Below are positions 50,134-62,812 of a DNA stretch of 64,000 nt, one piece after another. The DNA is from an uncultured Gammaproteobacteria bacterium (GTDB lineage: Bacteria; Pseudomonadota; Gammaproteobacteria; UBA4575): the NCBI GenBank assembly GCA_943789445.1, contig CALSUC010000002.1, positions 460,256-524,255 on the forward strand. The letters are read 5' to 3'. Below the pieces are notes generated by a model that was given only the letters and a program-made list of their open reading frames with translations, made no database searches and was not told the origin of the DNA. The first letter of the stretch is position 1; the number at the start of each line of letters is the position of its first letter. Made by a program: the position numbers and the translations under genes.

Positions 50134-51219
50134 ATGAGCCTAAAAACCTTACTTATCCTATTATTACTTTCGGTAGTCGGTGCAGCCGCCTACTGGTCAA
50201 CTGATAATAAGGACGACGTCAATGCAGCTGCCCAAGTGGGTGCCTTGTTAGTGCCGGGTTTGATGACGGATTTAAATCAAGTCGATCGTATCCATTTACA
50301 AGCTGCAGGTGATCAAACTATAGCTACCTTAGTACGATCAGAGCAGGGCTGGGGTGTGTTAGAAAAAGATCATTTTCCTGCCGATGTCAGTAAGATTAGG
50401 GCAACCGTATTGGCCTTGGCCGAGGCCTATATTGTTGAAGAAAAGACCTCGAATCCAGAGTTGTATACACGCCTAGGCGTGGAAGAAGTCGCCGCCAGTG
50501 ATGCCAGTGGTGTGCAGATGACAGTGTCTACAGCAGGGCAGGCGCATACACTGATTGTCGGTAAGCCTGGGCCACAAATGAATCGTTCGCGCTATGTGCG
50601 TATGCAGACTGAGGCAACGACCTGGTTAATCGATCGTAAGATCGACGTGCAATACGATGTGGCTTATTGGCTGCGCAAAGATCTATTCAGTGTTGAAGCG
50701 AGTGAATTGACTGCACTCTCGGTACAGGAACCGGATGGGCATGCTATGAAGTTGCTACGTAAGACGGCTGAACATGATCATAGCCAACATGCTGAGCATG
50801 CCTCATCGATGGCGAATAATGAGTCTGAGAGTGGGTTCATCTTAGCTAACCCGAGTCAGCCTGATGCGCAGGTAATCGATGCGGAGCTACAACAGATGGT
50901 CAATGCCTTGTCGTCTTTTCAGTTATTAGATGTTGAGCCTGCAGTGGCAGCCACCAAGTTGAAGGCGACCATGCAAGCTGAGTTTCATTTACTGCGTGGC
51001 ATTAAGCTCAAGCTATCAGGCTACGAGAGTGAAAAAGACAAATACGTACAGATCGAAGCTAGTGTGTCGGCAGGTGCCGATACTGCGGCCAAGGACTGGG
51101 TGTCTGATATCAATGCGCGCGTACAAGGCTGGTTATTTAGGATCCCTGCAGTGAGTTATGACGCTATTAATAAACGCGAAGCAGATGTGCTTGCGATCAC
51201 TGTCGATCAATTGAATTAA
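50134..51219 (+). CDS. DUF4340 domain protein
   Basis: It has a signal peptide and is the conserved fourth gene of the GldA/F/G-like module. Confidence 0.6.
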   Translation: MSLKTLLILLLLSVVGAAAYWSTDNKDDVNAAAQVGALLVPGLMTDLNQVDRIHLQAAGDQTIATLVRSEQGWGVLEKDHFPADVSKIRATVLALAEAYIVEEKTSNPELYTRLGVEEVAASDASGVQMTVSTAGQAHTLIVGKPGPQMNRSRYVRMQTEATTWLIDRKIDVQYDVAYWLRKDLFSVEASELTALSVQEPDGHAMKLLRKTAEHDHSQHAEHASSMANNESESGFILANPSQPDAQVIDAELQQMVNALSSFQLLDVEPAVAATKLKATMQAEFHLLRGIKLKLSGYESEKDKYVQIEASVSAGADTAAKDWVSDINARVQGWLFRIPAVSYDAINKREADVLAITVDQLN

Positions 51220-51267
51220 CCTTCTCGATGGCAATAGCTGCTAAAAGCAGCGTTAAATTGGGATCAA

Positions 51268-51304
51268 TAAAAAAGGCTGCTAAGCGAACTTAGCAGCCTT
51301 TTTT
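51268..51304. terminator. Bidirectional rho-independent terminator
   Basis: The sequence is A-run, GGCTGCTAAG, cgaa loop, CTTAGCAGCC, T-run. It lies between the convergent DUF4340 gene and purB. Confidence 0.85.
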
Positions 51305-51333
51305 GATGGGCTTATCTAAAACAAATAACGGCT

Positions 51334-52842
<1,509 letters not shown>

Positions 52843-52889
52843 CTACAGCCCTTTTCATAAGACCTAAGAAGAACACAAGTAGGAAGCAG

Positions 52890-54278
52890 ATGAGCACAAA
52901 ATACAGAATAGAAAAAGACAGTATGGGTGAACTACAGGTGCCAGAAGACGCCTTATACGGTGCCCAGACCCAACGCGCAGTGAATAATTTTCCAATCAGT
53001 GGCCTGCCAATGCCGCGCAGCTTTATTCGCGCTTTAGGCCTGATTAAATCCGCCTGTGCTAGTGCCAACCTAGATCTAGGGTTGATGGAGCAAGCGACTG
53101 CAGACGCGATCATCGCGGCAGCCAAAACTGTGACTAATGGTGAAGTTGATACCCATTTTCCAGTCGACGTCTTCCAGACCGGTTCAGGTACTAGCTCGAA
53201 TATGAATTGTAATGAAGTGATCGCTCATCTAGCGGCCAATGCTGGTGCTAGTGATGTGCACCCGAATGATCACGTCAATATGGGCCAAAGCTCAAACGAC
53301 GTCATTCCAACGGCGATTCATGTCAGTGCCAGCATCGAGATTGCTGAGCAGTTACTACCGGCATTAGATCACCTGGCGACTACCTTACGTAGCAAAGCAG
53401 GCGAACTAGAAGGCGCAGTTAAAACCGGGCGTACGCATCTAATGGATGCGATGCCAGTGACCCTAGCGCAGGAACTCAATGCCTGGGCGACACAAATCGA
53501 AAATGGTAAGGCCCGCGTACTGTCTGCTATGCCACGGTTGCTTGAACTCGCACAGGGTGGCACCGCTGTTGGTACCGGCATCAACGCACACCCTGATTTC
53601 GCAGTGAAAGTTGCTGAGCACCTCAGTAGTCTTTCCAGCGTCGCCTTCGTTACCAAGCCGGACAAATTTGAAGCACTCAGCAGCCAAGACGCGGCAGTAG
53701 AAATGAGTGGCCAACTAAAGACCATCGCTGTCAGTATGACTAAGATGGCCAACGATCTACGTTGGATGAACTCAGGCCCACTTGCCGGTCTCGGTGAGAT
53801 CGCATTACCAGCCTTACAACCGGGTAGTAGCATCATGCCGGGCAAGGTAAACCCAGTGATCCCAGAGGCGACTGCAATGGTCGCAGCACAGGTCATCGGT
53901 AACGACGCCACGATTACGATTGGTGGTCAGGCCGGTAACTTCCAACTGAATGTGATGTTGCCAGTGATCGCTTACAACTTGCTGCAAAGCATCAGCCTAT
54001 TGGCTAACTCAGCACGTCTAATGGCCGACAGCGCAATCAAAGGCTTTACGGTCAACGACGATGCATTAAACAATGCCTTAAGCCGCAACCCTATTTTAGT
54101 CACTGCACTGAACAGTGTTATCGGCTACGAAAAGGGCGCAGCAGTAGCCAAGAAAGCCTATGCTGAAGGTATTACAGTGGTTGAAGCAGCACTCGCGCTG
54201 ACCGATCTATCGGAACAAGAACTACTTAAACTGCTAGACCCTGCCTTGTTAACTAAAGGTGGCATCCAAGGCCTCTAA
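52890..54278 (+). CDS. fumC: Class II fumarate hydratase FumC
   Basis: GSSIMPGKVNP is present and the product is 462 aa. Confidence 0.92.
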   Translation: MSTKYRIEKDSMGELQVPEDALYGAQTQRAVNNFPISGLPMPRSFIRALGLIKSACASANLDLGLMEQATADAIIAAAKTVTNGEVDTHFPVDVFQTGSGTSSNMNCNEVIAHLAANAGASDVHPNDHVNMGQSSNDVIPTAIHVSASIEIAEQLLPALDHLATTLRSKAGELEGAVKTGRTHLMDAMPVTLAQELNAWATQIENGKARVLSAMPRLLELAQGGTAVGTGINAHPDFAVKVAEHLSSLSSVAFVTKPDKFEALSSQDAAVEMSGQLKTIAVSMTKMANDLRWMNSGPLAGLGEIALPALQPGSSIMPGKVNPVIPEATAMVAAQVIGNDATITIGGQAGNFQLNVMLPVIAYNLLQSISLLANSARLMADSAIKGFTVNDDALNNALSRNPILVTALNSVIGYEKGAAVAKKAYAEGITVVEAALALTDLSEQELLKLLDPALLTKGGIQGL

Positions 54279-54294
54279 GACCGACTAAAGATGA

Positions 54295-54326
54295 CAGGCT
54301 CAGTCAATGCTGAGCCTGTTCTCTTT
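54295..54326 (+). terminator. Rho-independent terminator of fumC
   Basis: CAGGCTCAG, tcaatg loop, CTGAGCCTG, followed by a T-rich tract. Confidence 0.6.
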
Positions 54327-54417
54327 CAATATTTTATCTATTAAGTTTATCTCGCCATGAATTATTTCACTCATACATATTTAATTGATATATTAAAAAA
54401 TAATATAAATAAACTAT

Positions 54418-54930
54418 ATGGCGAGCTGTATGACTTACTTTGATCTTCTTGTTGTTATCGCGATTCTACTTTCACCAATAATTGCACTTAAAGTGGATGC
54501 GTACTCTTCACATAAGAGAACAAAGGAGAAGAGAAAGGTTGATGTCTTTGAAATACTTATGGCGACAAGAGGTGACACTCTTGCCACTGAGCATGTTCGA
54601 GCTCTGAATATGATTGCATTAGTTTTTTCGGTGAAAGATCAAACTGATAAGGAAGTTTTATCTGCTTGGAAGGAATACCACCATCATTTGTGCGATAGGG
54701 ATTATCTTCCGGCTGGATGGAGAAAGCGTCGTGAAGAGTTATTAATGGAGCTTTTGATAAAAATGGCCGGAGCACTTGGTTATAACTATGATAATGCGGA
54801 TATTAGACTAAGTTATAATCCAGAGGTATACGCCCAAATAGTAAGCCAGCAAGAACAGATTCGCAAAGGTCTGATTGATGTCATAAATGGGAATGCCCCA
54901 ATATCTATAAATGTACGCGAGAATGAGTAG
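54418..54930 (+). CDS. Hypothetical protein (N-terminal TM anchor), low-GC gene
   Basis: A 170-aa ORF with AT-rich upstream DNA. No family was recognised. Confidence 0.5.
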   Translation: MASCMTYFDLLVVIAILLSPIIALKVDAYSSHKRTKEKRKVDVFEILMATRGDTLATEHVRALNMIALVFSVKDQTDKEVLSAWKEYHHHLCDRDYLPAGWRKRREELLMELLIKMAGALGYNYDNADIRLSYNPEVYAQIVSQQEQIRKGLIDVINGNAPISINVRENE

Positions 54931-54943
54931 GAGCAAGAAGCTA

Positions 54944-55791
54944 ATGAAAGGCCCAAAATTTTTGCGTTACGTGCGCCCTTTGCTTGAAGTGTTGCGTAGT
55001 GTCGGCGGTTCTGGTGTTACTGCAGATATTATTGATCAAGTGCTTGCAGTGATGAGTGTCTCTGAATCAGAGCTTAGGAGGTGACGGCTTCTGGAGCACC
55101 GAAAGTACGTAATCAGGTGCAATGGGCTCGTTTATATTTAGTAAAGGCTAGTTTTATCGATGCTTCAAGACGAGGGGTCTGGAGTCTGACTTCTAAAGCT
55201 TATGAGACTCCATTGTTAACGGATGAGGATGTCCATACATTATTTCAAATGGTTTCTCGTAGCTACCAGTCAGAGAGGAAAGAAAAGTCTGCTAAGAATG
55301 GTGATGACGATGGGGAGCTTACGCTTGAAGATGAATTGCATGGTGATAGCCTCCTTAGTATTTTAAAGGGCCTAAGTGCAGAAGGGTTTGAACAGATTTG
55401 TAAGCGTTTGTTATCGGAAATTGGTATCCATGATGTGCAGGTGACTGGTGGGTCTAACGATAAAGGTATTGACGGTACTGGTGTGATTAAGGTCAATGAC
55501 GTTGTTGGTTTTAATATCATTTTTCAATGTAAGCGCTATAAGGAATCAGTAGGTCCTCATTACGTGCGGGATTTTCGCGGTTCGATGCAAGGTAGAGCAG
55601 ATAAAGGCATTATCTTGACGACGGGATGGTTTAGTTCAGAGGCAAAGAAAGAGGCTGTGCGTGATGGTGTGCCACCGATTGAGTTGATTGACGGTGAGCG
55701 GCTTGTGTCTCTATTTGAAAAGCACCAGCTAGGCTTAAAGCCTAAAACTGTTTATGACATTGACTCTAGCTTCTTTGCCCACTATCAGTAG
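54944..55791 (+). pseudogene. mrr: Mrr-family restriction endonuclease, frameshifted
   Basis: The Mrr_N winged helix begins in one frame (MKGPKFLRYVRPLLEVL...SESELRR, stop at 55082-55084). It continues in the -1 frame from 55081 (TASGAPKVRNQVQWARLYL...) into the Mrr_cat domain (D-x-(D/E)-x-K region GIDGTG...QCKRY). Confidence 0.6.
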
Positions 55792-55984
55792 TAAGAAGGT
55801 GAACTAGTTACAACCTTCGCACTTAAATAGAGTCTTAGAAAGGATTGCAAGGATACTGAAAGGTAAAGCGATCAGTAGCTTGAATTGCTCAAGCTATTAC
55901 TTAGGTGACTTATAAATTAAAGGAATCAGAGGTCTATCTGTTCTGATCCCTTTAACTCTATCTCTAATTAATTTTTAGAGATTT

Positions 55985-56269
55985 TTATTCTGCGTCGTGG
56001 GTGTAATGCTTACGTAACTGCTTAGTTACAGACCAAACGCTTTTCAGACCTTTTGGAAAAGTGATGTAATCACCTGGAACCAATGTCACTGGCTCACCGC
56101 CATCAGGCGTAACAACGATCTCGCCTTCTAAGATGTAAGATCGCTCAAGTTCTTGATCAAAATCAAGTCTGAACTGTCTAACTTCACATTCCCAAACATT
56201 CCAATCAGAAATACCTAATTCGGCCTTACGTGCATCAGTAAGGTCCTTTTCAACGCTAATCTCTGGCAT
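55985..56269 (-). CDS. Cupin (DUF861/cupin_3) domain protein
   Basis: It is 94 aa with a cupin beta-barrel motif region (GEIVVTPDGGEPVTLVPGDYITFPKG). Confidence 0.65.
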   Translation of the reverse strand: MPEISVEKDLTDARKAELGISDWNVWECEVRQFRLDFDQELERSYILEGEIVVTPDGGEPVTLVPGDYITFPKGLKSVWSVTKQLRKHYTHDAE

Positions 56270-56394
56270 ATCAATCCTAATTTATTTTAATTTAAATAAA
56301 CCCATCTAATGAGTACTTCATTATTAGCTGAATTTTATCGGCGAGCGGATGATAACAGAGTTAAGTGACCTGCACTAAATATGGCTTTTATTTT

Positions 56395-57252
56395 CTAGGT
56401 TTTCTGTGGTTTATAAATCAACACGATCCCAGCCAGGATGATCAAGGCGGCACCGATGACAGTTTGCAACTCCGGTAATTCATTCCAGAACAGATAACCG
56501 GCGATGGTTGCCCAGATCAAGGAGGAGTAGGTAAAGGTGGCTACCTGGCTGGCAGGTGCCATTCGATAACCCTGTGTTAGGCAGAGTTGGCCACAGGTGC
56601 CGAGTATGCCGAGGAGTAATAGCCATGGCCAGTGTGTGGTGCTGGGCCAGTGTGTGTCGCCAATGAATAACGATAGGCTTGAGAGGAGGGTGGCAAACAA
56701 GGCGAAGTAAAAGACGATACGGGTAGCCGGCTCAGTGTCAGACATCTTACGAATAGAGACCTTAGCGAGTCCGGCAAAGGCTCCGCCAGCTAAGCCGATA
56801 ATGCCAGCCATTTGAATGCCTGCCTGCGGATCCAAAAAGACAGTGACACCAAAGAAGCCTAAGGCGATCGCAAAAATTGTCTTGGCGTTGATCTGTTCTT
56901 TAATCCAGAGCACGGCGATGATCGGGATGAACAACGGTACGGTCATCTTTAACAACATGGCGTTGGCCAGCTGAATGTTAGCTAAGGCATAGAAGAAGCA
57001 GAACATGGCCAATAACCCACTGCTAGCACGCAGTAGGTGTAACTTGATTCGGTCGGTCTTGAGCCCGTTGAGGCCGTTACGGTAAAGGATTGGGATCAGC
57101 ACCAGTGCGCCGAAGATGTTGCGGAAGAACACCAGTTGCTGACTGCTGAAGGTCTCGCTGAGTATCTTGATCAGCATGCCCATGCCGACGAAGAGTAGCT
57201 CGCCTGCCATCACAAAGAGGCTGCCTAATAGTAGTGTTTTATTTAATGGCAT
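56395..57252 (-). CDS. EamA/DMT family transporter
   Basis: A 10-TM protein of 285 aa. Confidence 0.7.
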   Translation of the reverse strand: MPLNKTLLLGSLFVMAGELLFVGMGMLIKILSETFSSQQLVFFRNIFGALVLIPILYRNGLNGLKTDRIKLHLLRASSGLLAMFCFFYALANIQLANAMLLKMTVPLFIPIIAVLWIKEQINAKTIFAIALGFFGVTVFLDPQAGIQMAGIIGLAGGAFAGLAKVSIRKMSDTEPATRIVFYFALFATLLSSLSLFIGDTHWPSTTHWPWLLLLGILGTCGQLCLTQGYRMAPASQVATFTYSSLIWATIAGYLFWNELPELQTVIGAALIILAGIVLIYKPQKT

Positions 57253-57255
57253 AAA

Positions 57256-57283
57256 GCAAAAACCCCGCCGAAGCGGGGTTCTT
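57256..57283 (-). terminator. Rho-independent terminator of acnA
   Basis: The minus strand reads CCCCGC-uucg-GCGGGG followed by UUUUUGCUUU. Confidence 0.75.
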
Positions 57284-57308
57284 AAGAGTCTTACTTGAGG
57301 CTTTGATT

Positions 57309-59969
57309 CTAAGCTGCAAGTTGACGCAGTACATAGTGCAAGATACCGCCGTTCTGGTAGTACTCGATCTCTTGTGGCGTATCGATACGAACCTTAGCGG
57401 TGAAGGTGATGCTGCTGCCGTCTTCTTTGGTAGCAACCACTTCAACAGATTTCGCAGTACCGTTAGTTAGACCAACGATATCGATGCTTTCACGACCACT
57501 TAAGCCGATGCTTTCTGCGTTCTGACCTTCTTCATACTGTAGTGGCAAGATACCCATGCCAACTAAGTTTGAACGGTGAATACGCTCGTAGCTTTCTGCA
57601 ATAACTGCACTCACACCTAGTAGACGTGGACCTTTTGCTGCCCAGTCACGTGATGAGCCACTGCCGTACTCTTTGCCTGCCAAAATGATGGTAGGGACAC
57701 TATCAGCTTGATACTGCATCGCTGCTTCAAAGATGGTTGTTTCAGTGTCTGCAGGTTGCATGCGAGTGAAGCCACCCTCAGTGCCTGGAGCCATCTTGTT
57801 ACGCAAACGGATGTTGGCAAAGGTGCCACGCATCATGATCTCGTGGTTACCACGACGTGAGCCATAAGAGTTGAAGTCACCTGGGCTAACCCCTTTCTCT
57901 TGCAGGTATTTGCCTGCAGGGCTGTCGGCCTTAATAGAGCCAGCAGGAGAGATGTGGTCAGTAGTTACTGAGTCACCTAGGTAAGCTAGAACACGTGCAC
58001 CTGTAATATCAGCCACTGGGCTGATATCGGCTGTCATGTTCTCGAAGTATGGCGGGTTAGCGACATAGGTTGAGTCATCCCAGCTGTAAAGCTGGCTTTC
58101 TTCAACGTCTAACTTGGCCCAGTTTGCATCACCTGCAAATAGGTCTTTGTAAGACTTAGTGAATTGCTCAACAGTTAAGAAATCACGCACGGTATCGGCG
58201 ACTTCTTTCTGTGTTGGCCAGATATCTTTCAGGAAGACTTCTTTGCCATCAGCCGTTGTTGTTAGCGGCTCGTTGTAAACGTCGATATCCATACGGCCGG
58301 CAATAGCGTAAGCCACGACCAATGGTGGTGAAGCAAGGTAGTTCATCTTCACTTCGGCGTGTACGCGACCTTCAAAGTTACGGTTGCCTGATAGGACAGA
58401 AGTCACTGTTAGATCGTTATCGATGATCGCCTTAGAGACTGGCTCAGGTAATGGACCTGAGTTACCAATACAAGTGGTACAGCCATAACCAACTACGTGG
58501 AAACCTAAGCTCTTTAGTGGGTCGAGTAGGCCTGCATTTTCTAGGTATTCAGTAACTACCAGTGATCCCGGTGCTAGTGAAGTCTTAACCCAAGGTTTAA
58601 CTTTAACGCCTAGAGCTGCTGCCTTCTTCGCAACCAAGCCTGCACCTAACATAACGTTAGGGTTAGAGGTGTTGGTGCAAGAGGTAATCGCTGCAATAAC
58701 CACTGCGCCATCATTTAGCGCAAACTCGCTACCGTTGTATTCAACTTGAGCAGTGCCAGCAGACTTTGTGCCACGTTCTTTTTGTAGTGCAGCATGAGCA
58801 TCTACATACATAGACTTAGAGTCACTTAGTGGTACACGATCCTGTGGACGTTTTGGTCCCGCGAGGCTAGGCACTACAGTGCTCATGTCTAGGCTTAGGT
58901 TTTCGCTGTATTCTGCAGTTGTTGAGTTTTCGTCATTCCACATGCCCTGTGCTTTCGCATAGGCTTCAACTAGTGCGACTTGGTCTGCGTCACGGCCAGA
59001 AAGTGCGAGGAAGTCGATAGTTTCTTGGTCAACTGGGAAGATGCCACAGGTAGCGCCGTACTCAGGTGCCATGTTCGCGATAGTTGCGCGGTCACCTAAT
59101 GGTAAGTTAGCAAGACCTTCACCGTGGAATTCAACAAACTTTCCAACTACACCGTGCTGACGCAGGGTATCAACGATGGTTAGCACTAAGTCAGTTGCTG
59201 TTGCGCCTTCTGGCACCTTGCCAGTCAGTTCAAAGCCAACGACTTTTGGAATTAACATAGAGATAGGTTGACCAAGCATAGAAGCTTCAGCTTCGATGCC
59301 ACCAACACCCCAACCAAGGACGCCAACGCCGTTGATCATGGTGGTGTGTGAGTCGGTACCAACTAATGTATCTGGGTAAGCTTGAGTGGTGCCGTTGTTG
59401 TCTTGTGTGAAGACAACGCGTGCTAGGTACTCTAAGTTAACCTGATGCACGATACCGGTGTCTGGTGGTACAACCTTGAAGTTAGAAAATGCCTTTTGGC
59501 CCCATTTCAAGAAGTTGTAACGCTCACGGTTGCGTGAGAACTCTAAGCTAGCGTTGAGGTCCATCGCTTGGTCTGAACCAAACTCATCTACCTGTACTGA
59601 GTGGTCAATAACTAACTCAGCTGGCTGTAGTGGATTAATCTTGTTTGGGTCGCCGCCAAGCTGTTTCATTGCATCACGCATGGCTGCTAGATCTACTACA
59701 GCGGGTACGCCGGTGAAATCTTGCATTAATACGCGAGCAGGGCGATAGGCGATCTCTTTTGATGGATCAGCACTAGGGTCCCATTGGAGGATGGCTTCAA
59801 TGTCATTCTTATCTACAGTCTTTCCATCTTCATGGCGAAGAAGGTTCTCGAGAAGAATCTTCATGGAGAATGGGAGGCGTTCTGCGCCTGCAACCTTGGT
59901 CAGTTGGAATATCTCGTATTCCTTGCCGTCTACGTTCAGAGACGCACGTGCATCGAAGCTATTACTCAT
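57309..59969 (-). CDS. acnA: Aconitate hydratase AcnA
   Basis: The 886-aa product begins [21 protein letters not shown], and aconitase Fe-S Cys ligands are present. Confidence 0.95.
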   Translation of the reverse strand: MSNSFDARASLNVDGKEYEIFQLTKVAGAERLPFSMKILLENLLRHEDGKTVDKNDIEAILQWDPSADPSKEIAYRPARVLMQDFTGVPAVVDLAAMRDAMKQLGGDPNKINPLQPAELVIDHSVQVDEFGSDQAMDLNASLEFSRNRERYNFLKWGQKAFSNFKVVPPDTGIVHQVNLEYLARVVFTQDNNGTTQAYPDTLVGTDSHTTMINGVGVLGWGVGGIEAEASMLGQPISMLIPKVVGFELTGKVPEGATATDLVLTIVDTLRQHGVVGKFVEFHGEGLANLPLGDRATIANMAPEYGATCGIFPVDQETIDFLALSGRDADQVALVEAYAKAQGMWNDENSTTAEYSENLSLDMSTVVPSLAGPKRPQDRVPLSDSKSMYVDAHAALQKERGTKSAGTAQVEYNGSEFALNDGAVVIAAITSCTNTSNPNVMLGAGLVAKKAAALGVKVKPWVKTSLAPGSLVVTEYLENAGLLDPLKSLGFHVVGYGCTTCIGNSGPLPEPVSKAIIDNDLTVTSVLSGNRNFEGRVHAEVKMNYLASPPLVVAYAIAGRMDIDVYNEPLTTTADGKEVFLKDIWPTQKEVADTVRDFLTVEQFTKSYKDLFAGDANWAKLDVEESQLYSWDDSTYVANPPYFENMTADISPVADITGARVLAYLGDSVTTDHISPAGSIKADSPAGKYLQEKGVSPGDFNSYGSRRGNHEIMMRGTFANIRLRNKMAPGTEGGFTRMQPADTETTIFEAAMQYQADSVPTIILAGKEYGSGSSRDWAAKGPRLLGVSAVIAESYERIHRSNLVGMGILPLQYEEGQNAESIGLSGRESIDIVGLTNGTAKSVEVVATKEDGSSITFTAKVRIDTPQEIEYYQNGGILHYVLRQLAA

Positions 59970-60047
59970 AATTTTCCTCAGAAAAGATAAATTTGGAATC
60001 TTGAAGGCGCGCGATTATCGCTCATTTTGTCGACAGTTTGTAGCGTG

Positions 60048-60665
60048 TTAGGTCAATAAATGATCGATATGGCGTAAATATTTGGATTTTCCGACTAGGA
60101 AGTTGAACTGAGTGCCGCCAGCTTGGCGCCATAAGACGATACTACGTACTGCCGCCAGTAATAATGCGCGGATGGCATTACTGTGCTGAGCTTCGGTCAA
60201 AAGATTGGCTTGCCCATGAATTATCAGTTGTGGGCGAAATGGACTGATGGTGTTTTGGTAGAGTCTGGCCAGTCGTTGTAAGACATAGTCACGTTGACTC
60301 TGTAGGTCGTGTATCTCGCCCTGTAAAATATTTAAGGTGGTGCTGACCTGAGAGACAAGATTGGTGTCGGCTAGGAACTTTTTAGTCAGTACGTTTAGAG
60401 TTGCAAAGTAACGTAAACGCTCCATCGCGGTCTTATCGGTATCTTGGCCTAAGGTGCTTGCAAGTACATTCAGCCCTTCCTGTATTCTGTCTACGCCACC
60501 ATAGACCGCTACATAGCTTTCCGGGTCTTCAATGAATAGGCTGGTTAGGCAGGGATCTACGGTGGCGGCATCATAACTACCATGCCATGCGATTTGCTGC
60601 ACTTGTGCTAGGCATTGTTGCATGCCTGCAAGGGCGATGGTACGGGCTTCATAATCCTGGGTCAT
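60048..60665 (-). CDS. hflD: High-frequency-lysogenization protein HflD homologue
   Basis: It shows HflD/UPF0274 family similarity and sits in the conserved position next to mnmA. Confidence 0.8.
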   Translation of the reverse strand: MTQDYEARTIALAGMQQCLAQVQQIAWHGSYDAATVDPCLTSLFIEDPESYVAVYGGVDRIQEGLNVLASTLGQDTDKTAMERLRYFATLNVLTKKFLADTNLVSQVSTTLNILQGEIHDLQSQRDYVLQRLARLYQNTISPFRPQLIIHGQANLLTEAQHSNAIRALLLAAVRSIVLWRQAGGTQFNFLVGKSKYLRHIDHLLT

Positions 60666-60717
60666 GCTTGAATCCTAGTAAAATATGGTGGCGATGATGG
60701 CTGTGCTCGTTTATAGG

Positions 60718-61800
60718 TTACTTCCGTAACTGAATGACGGCTCCACCCAAGCAGCGGTCTTGCTCATAGAGTACGGCGAACTGTCCTGGTGTGACAGCCC
60801 GTTGGGCTTGGTCAAAGGCCAATTCCCAATGACCACTTTCATTACGTAGCAGCTGACAGGTTTGATGTGACTGACGGTAGCGAATCTTAGCGCTACAGTG
60901 ACAATTGTCACGACGGTCTTCTGGGTCAATCCAATGCATATCTTCTAACTGCAGACGCTGATTAAACAGTGCCGGATGATCGCTGCCTTGGGCCACGATA
61001 ACCCTATTGTTTGTCATGTCCTTATCCACTACATACCAGGGTTCGGCAGAACTGTCGGCACGGCCGCCTATACCTAAGCCTTGACGCTGTCCGATAGTGA
61101 AGAAGGTGGCGCCTTGATGATCACCGATGATATTGCCATCCAGATCAACGATATCACCACGCTTATTGGGTAGATATTGCTGCAAGAATTCACTGAACTT
61201 ACGTTCACCAATAAAACAGATGCCAGTGCTGTCTTTCTTGTCATGGATTGCTAGATCAAGATCAGCAGCGATGTGACGCACCTCAGGTTTTTCTAAGGCG
61301 CCTAGTGGCATCAGCGATTTACTCAGTTGAGCTTGGTTCAAGCCATGCAGAAAATAACTTTGATCTTTGCCTTGGTCTAAACCACAGAGCAATTGATAAC
61401 GCCCGTGTTGTTCTGCAATACGTGCATAGTGTCCTGTCGCAATGCGATCGACACCTAACTGGCTGGCGTATTCTAAAAAGACCTTAAACTTAATCTCGGT
61501 ATTGCACAGGATGTCCGGATTGGGTGTGCGTCCAGCGCGGTGTTCAGCAAGGAAGTATTCAAACACTGAGTCCCAGTATTCGCTGGAAAAATTAACGGTT
61601 TTCAGTGGGATCTCAAGCTTGGCACAGACCTCTTCAGCATCGGCAAGGTCTTCGGTAGCGGAGCAGTGCTCATCATCGTCTTCATCCCAGTTCTTCATAA
61701 AGACGGCCTGCACATCATAGCCTTGGCGTTGTAATAGGTGAGCGCAGACAGCGGAGTCGACACCACCTGATAATCCCACCACTATTGATTCTTTAGTCAT
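60718..61800 (-). CDS. mnmA: tRNA 2-thiouridine(34) synthase MnmA
   Basis: The PP-loop GLSGGVDS and catalytic Cys residues are present; the product is 360 aa. Confidence 0.92.
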   Translation of the reverse strand: MTKESIVVGLSGGVDSAVCAHLLQRQGYDVQAVFMKNWDEDDDEHCSATEDLADAEEVCAKLEIPLKTVNFSSEYWDSVFEYFLAEHRAGRTPNPDILCNTEIKFKVFLEYASQLGVDRIATGHYARIAEQHGRYQLLCGLDQGKDQSYFLHGLNQAQLSKSLMPLGALEKPEVRHIAADLDLAIHDKKDSTGICFIGERKFSEFLQQYLPNKRGDIVDLDGNIIGDHQGATFFTIGQRQGLGIGGRADSSAEPWYVVDKDMTNNRVIVAQGSDHPALFNQRLQLEDMHWIDPEDRRDNCHCSAKIRYRQSHQTCQLLRNESGHWELAFDQAQRAVTPGQFAVLYEQDRCLGGAVIQLRK

Positions 61801-61814
61801 GATTTACTCTATAG

Positions 61815-62273
61815 CTACCAGCTTTCTTTGACTTCAGTCAGCAGATCAAGGCTGTAACGAATGCCATTTTCATAATCTTCTATACTTTTTAGTACTAGGG
61901 CACTGCGGCGCTGTAATTCATCTAGGGCCTCGATTTCGGGGCGCGTCATCCAGCAAGCTTCAATAATGCCATGGTCTAGCTCTAATTCTGGGTGAAAGGC
62001 AGTCGCTTTACCGCAGAACGTGGTGCGCACAAACACGCTGTCCTCTTCTGGGTGTGGCCAGCGGTAGATGCCAACAATGGCCTCAGGCTGGTAATCCCAA
62101 GCGGTTTCTTCCAATGTCTCGCGGATAGAGGCCTGAATAAAGGTCTCATTGATCTCCCAATGCCCTGCAGGCTGATTGTAGACCTCTAGGCCATTGGCCA
62201 TCTCTTTAACCATGAGATAGGAGCCATCTTTTTCAATAACGGCTGCAACTGTGATGTGTGAGCTGTAGGACAT
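61815..62273 (-). CDS. nudJ: NUDIX hydrolase (NudJ-like)
   Basis: The Nudix box (GHWEINETFIQASIRETLEE) is present, and it sits in the conserved position upstream of mnmA. Confidence 0.8.
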   Translation of the reverse strand: MSYSSHITVAAVIEKDGSYLMVKEMANGLEVYNQPAGHWEINETFIQASIRETLEETAWDYQPEAIVGIYRWPHPEEDSVFVRTTFCGKATAFHPELELDHGIIEACWMTRPEIEALDELQRRSALVLKSIEDYENGIRYSLDLLTEVKESW

Positions 62274-62466
62274 GACTGCTTGGTGCCTTTTTAAAGAGGG
62301 CGTTATTAATCGCTTTTCTGCCTTAATTTCGCCGATTTGTATAGTTCAATCTTAGATATATGGGTTTTTTACAGGCCTTCTGTTATTTTCATATCTAGCG
62401 GTCTATATTTAGTCATAATTCATGGCCGTATAATACTCGAATTAGCGAACATGGCGCACAAATTGA

Positions 62467-62790
62467 ATGTCTACAGATAAGGATCATCAACACGGTGATG
62501 ATGGGGTTGCAGTAGAAGAGGCTCCCCCAAAACTAAAACAACCACCGATGTATAAAGTTTTATTGCTTAATGATGACTACACTCCAATGGAGTTTGTAGT
62601 TCACATTTTGGAAAATTTTTTTCGTATGGACCGCGAGCAGGCAACGCGTGTCATGCTAAATGTGCATACGCATGGCAAAGGTATTTGCGGAACGTATACG
62701 CGCGAAGTGGCTGAGACCAAAGTGGCTCAGGTGAACGAATACTCACGTCAGAATAGTCATCCTCTTTTATGTGATATGGAAGAAGCATAA
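62467..62790 (+). CDS. clpS: ATP-dependent Clp protease adaptor ClpS
   Basis: [19 protein letters not shown] is present and the product is 107 aa. Confidence 0.92.
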   Translation: MSTDKDHQHGDDGVAVEEAPPKLKQPPMYKVLLLNDDYTPMEFVVHILENFFRMDREQATRVMLNVHTHGKGICGTYTREVAETKVAQVNEYSRQNSHPLLCDMEEA

Positions 62791-62812
62791 AGCGATCAAT
62801 GAGAGCAAATTA

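Noticed and set aside
55081-55791. GTG 55081 as a genuine start of an intact Mrr
   Set aside because: The AGGAGG directly abuts the GTG with no spacer. The upstream 46-codon ORF encodes the missing Mrr_N helix, so a frameshifted gene is the better explanation.
59784-60051. Two ~70-86-aa plus-strand ORFs overlapping the acnA 5' end and the acnA-hflD spacer
   Set aside because: They overlap the well-supported acnA start, have no RBS and no similarity, and are likely spurious.
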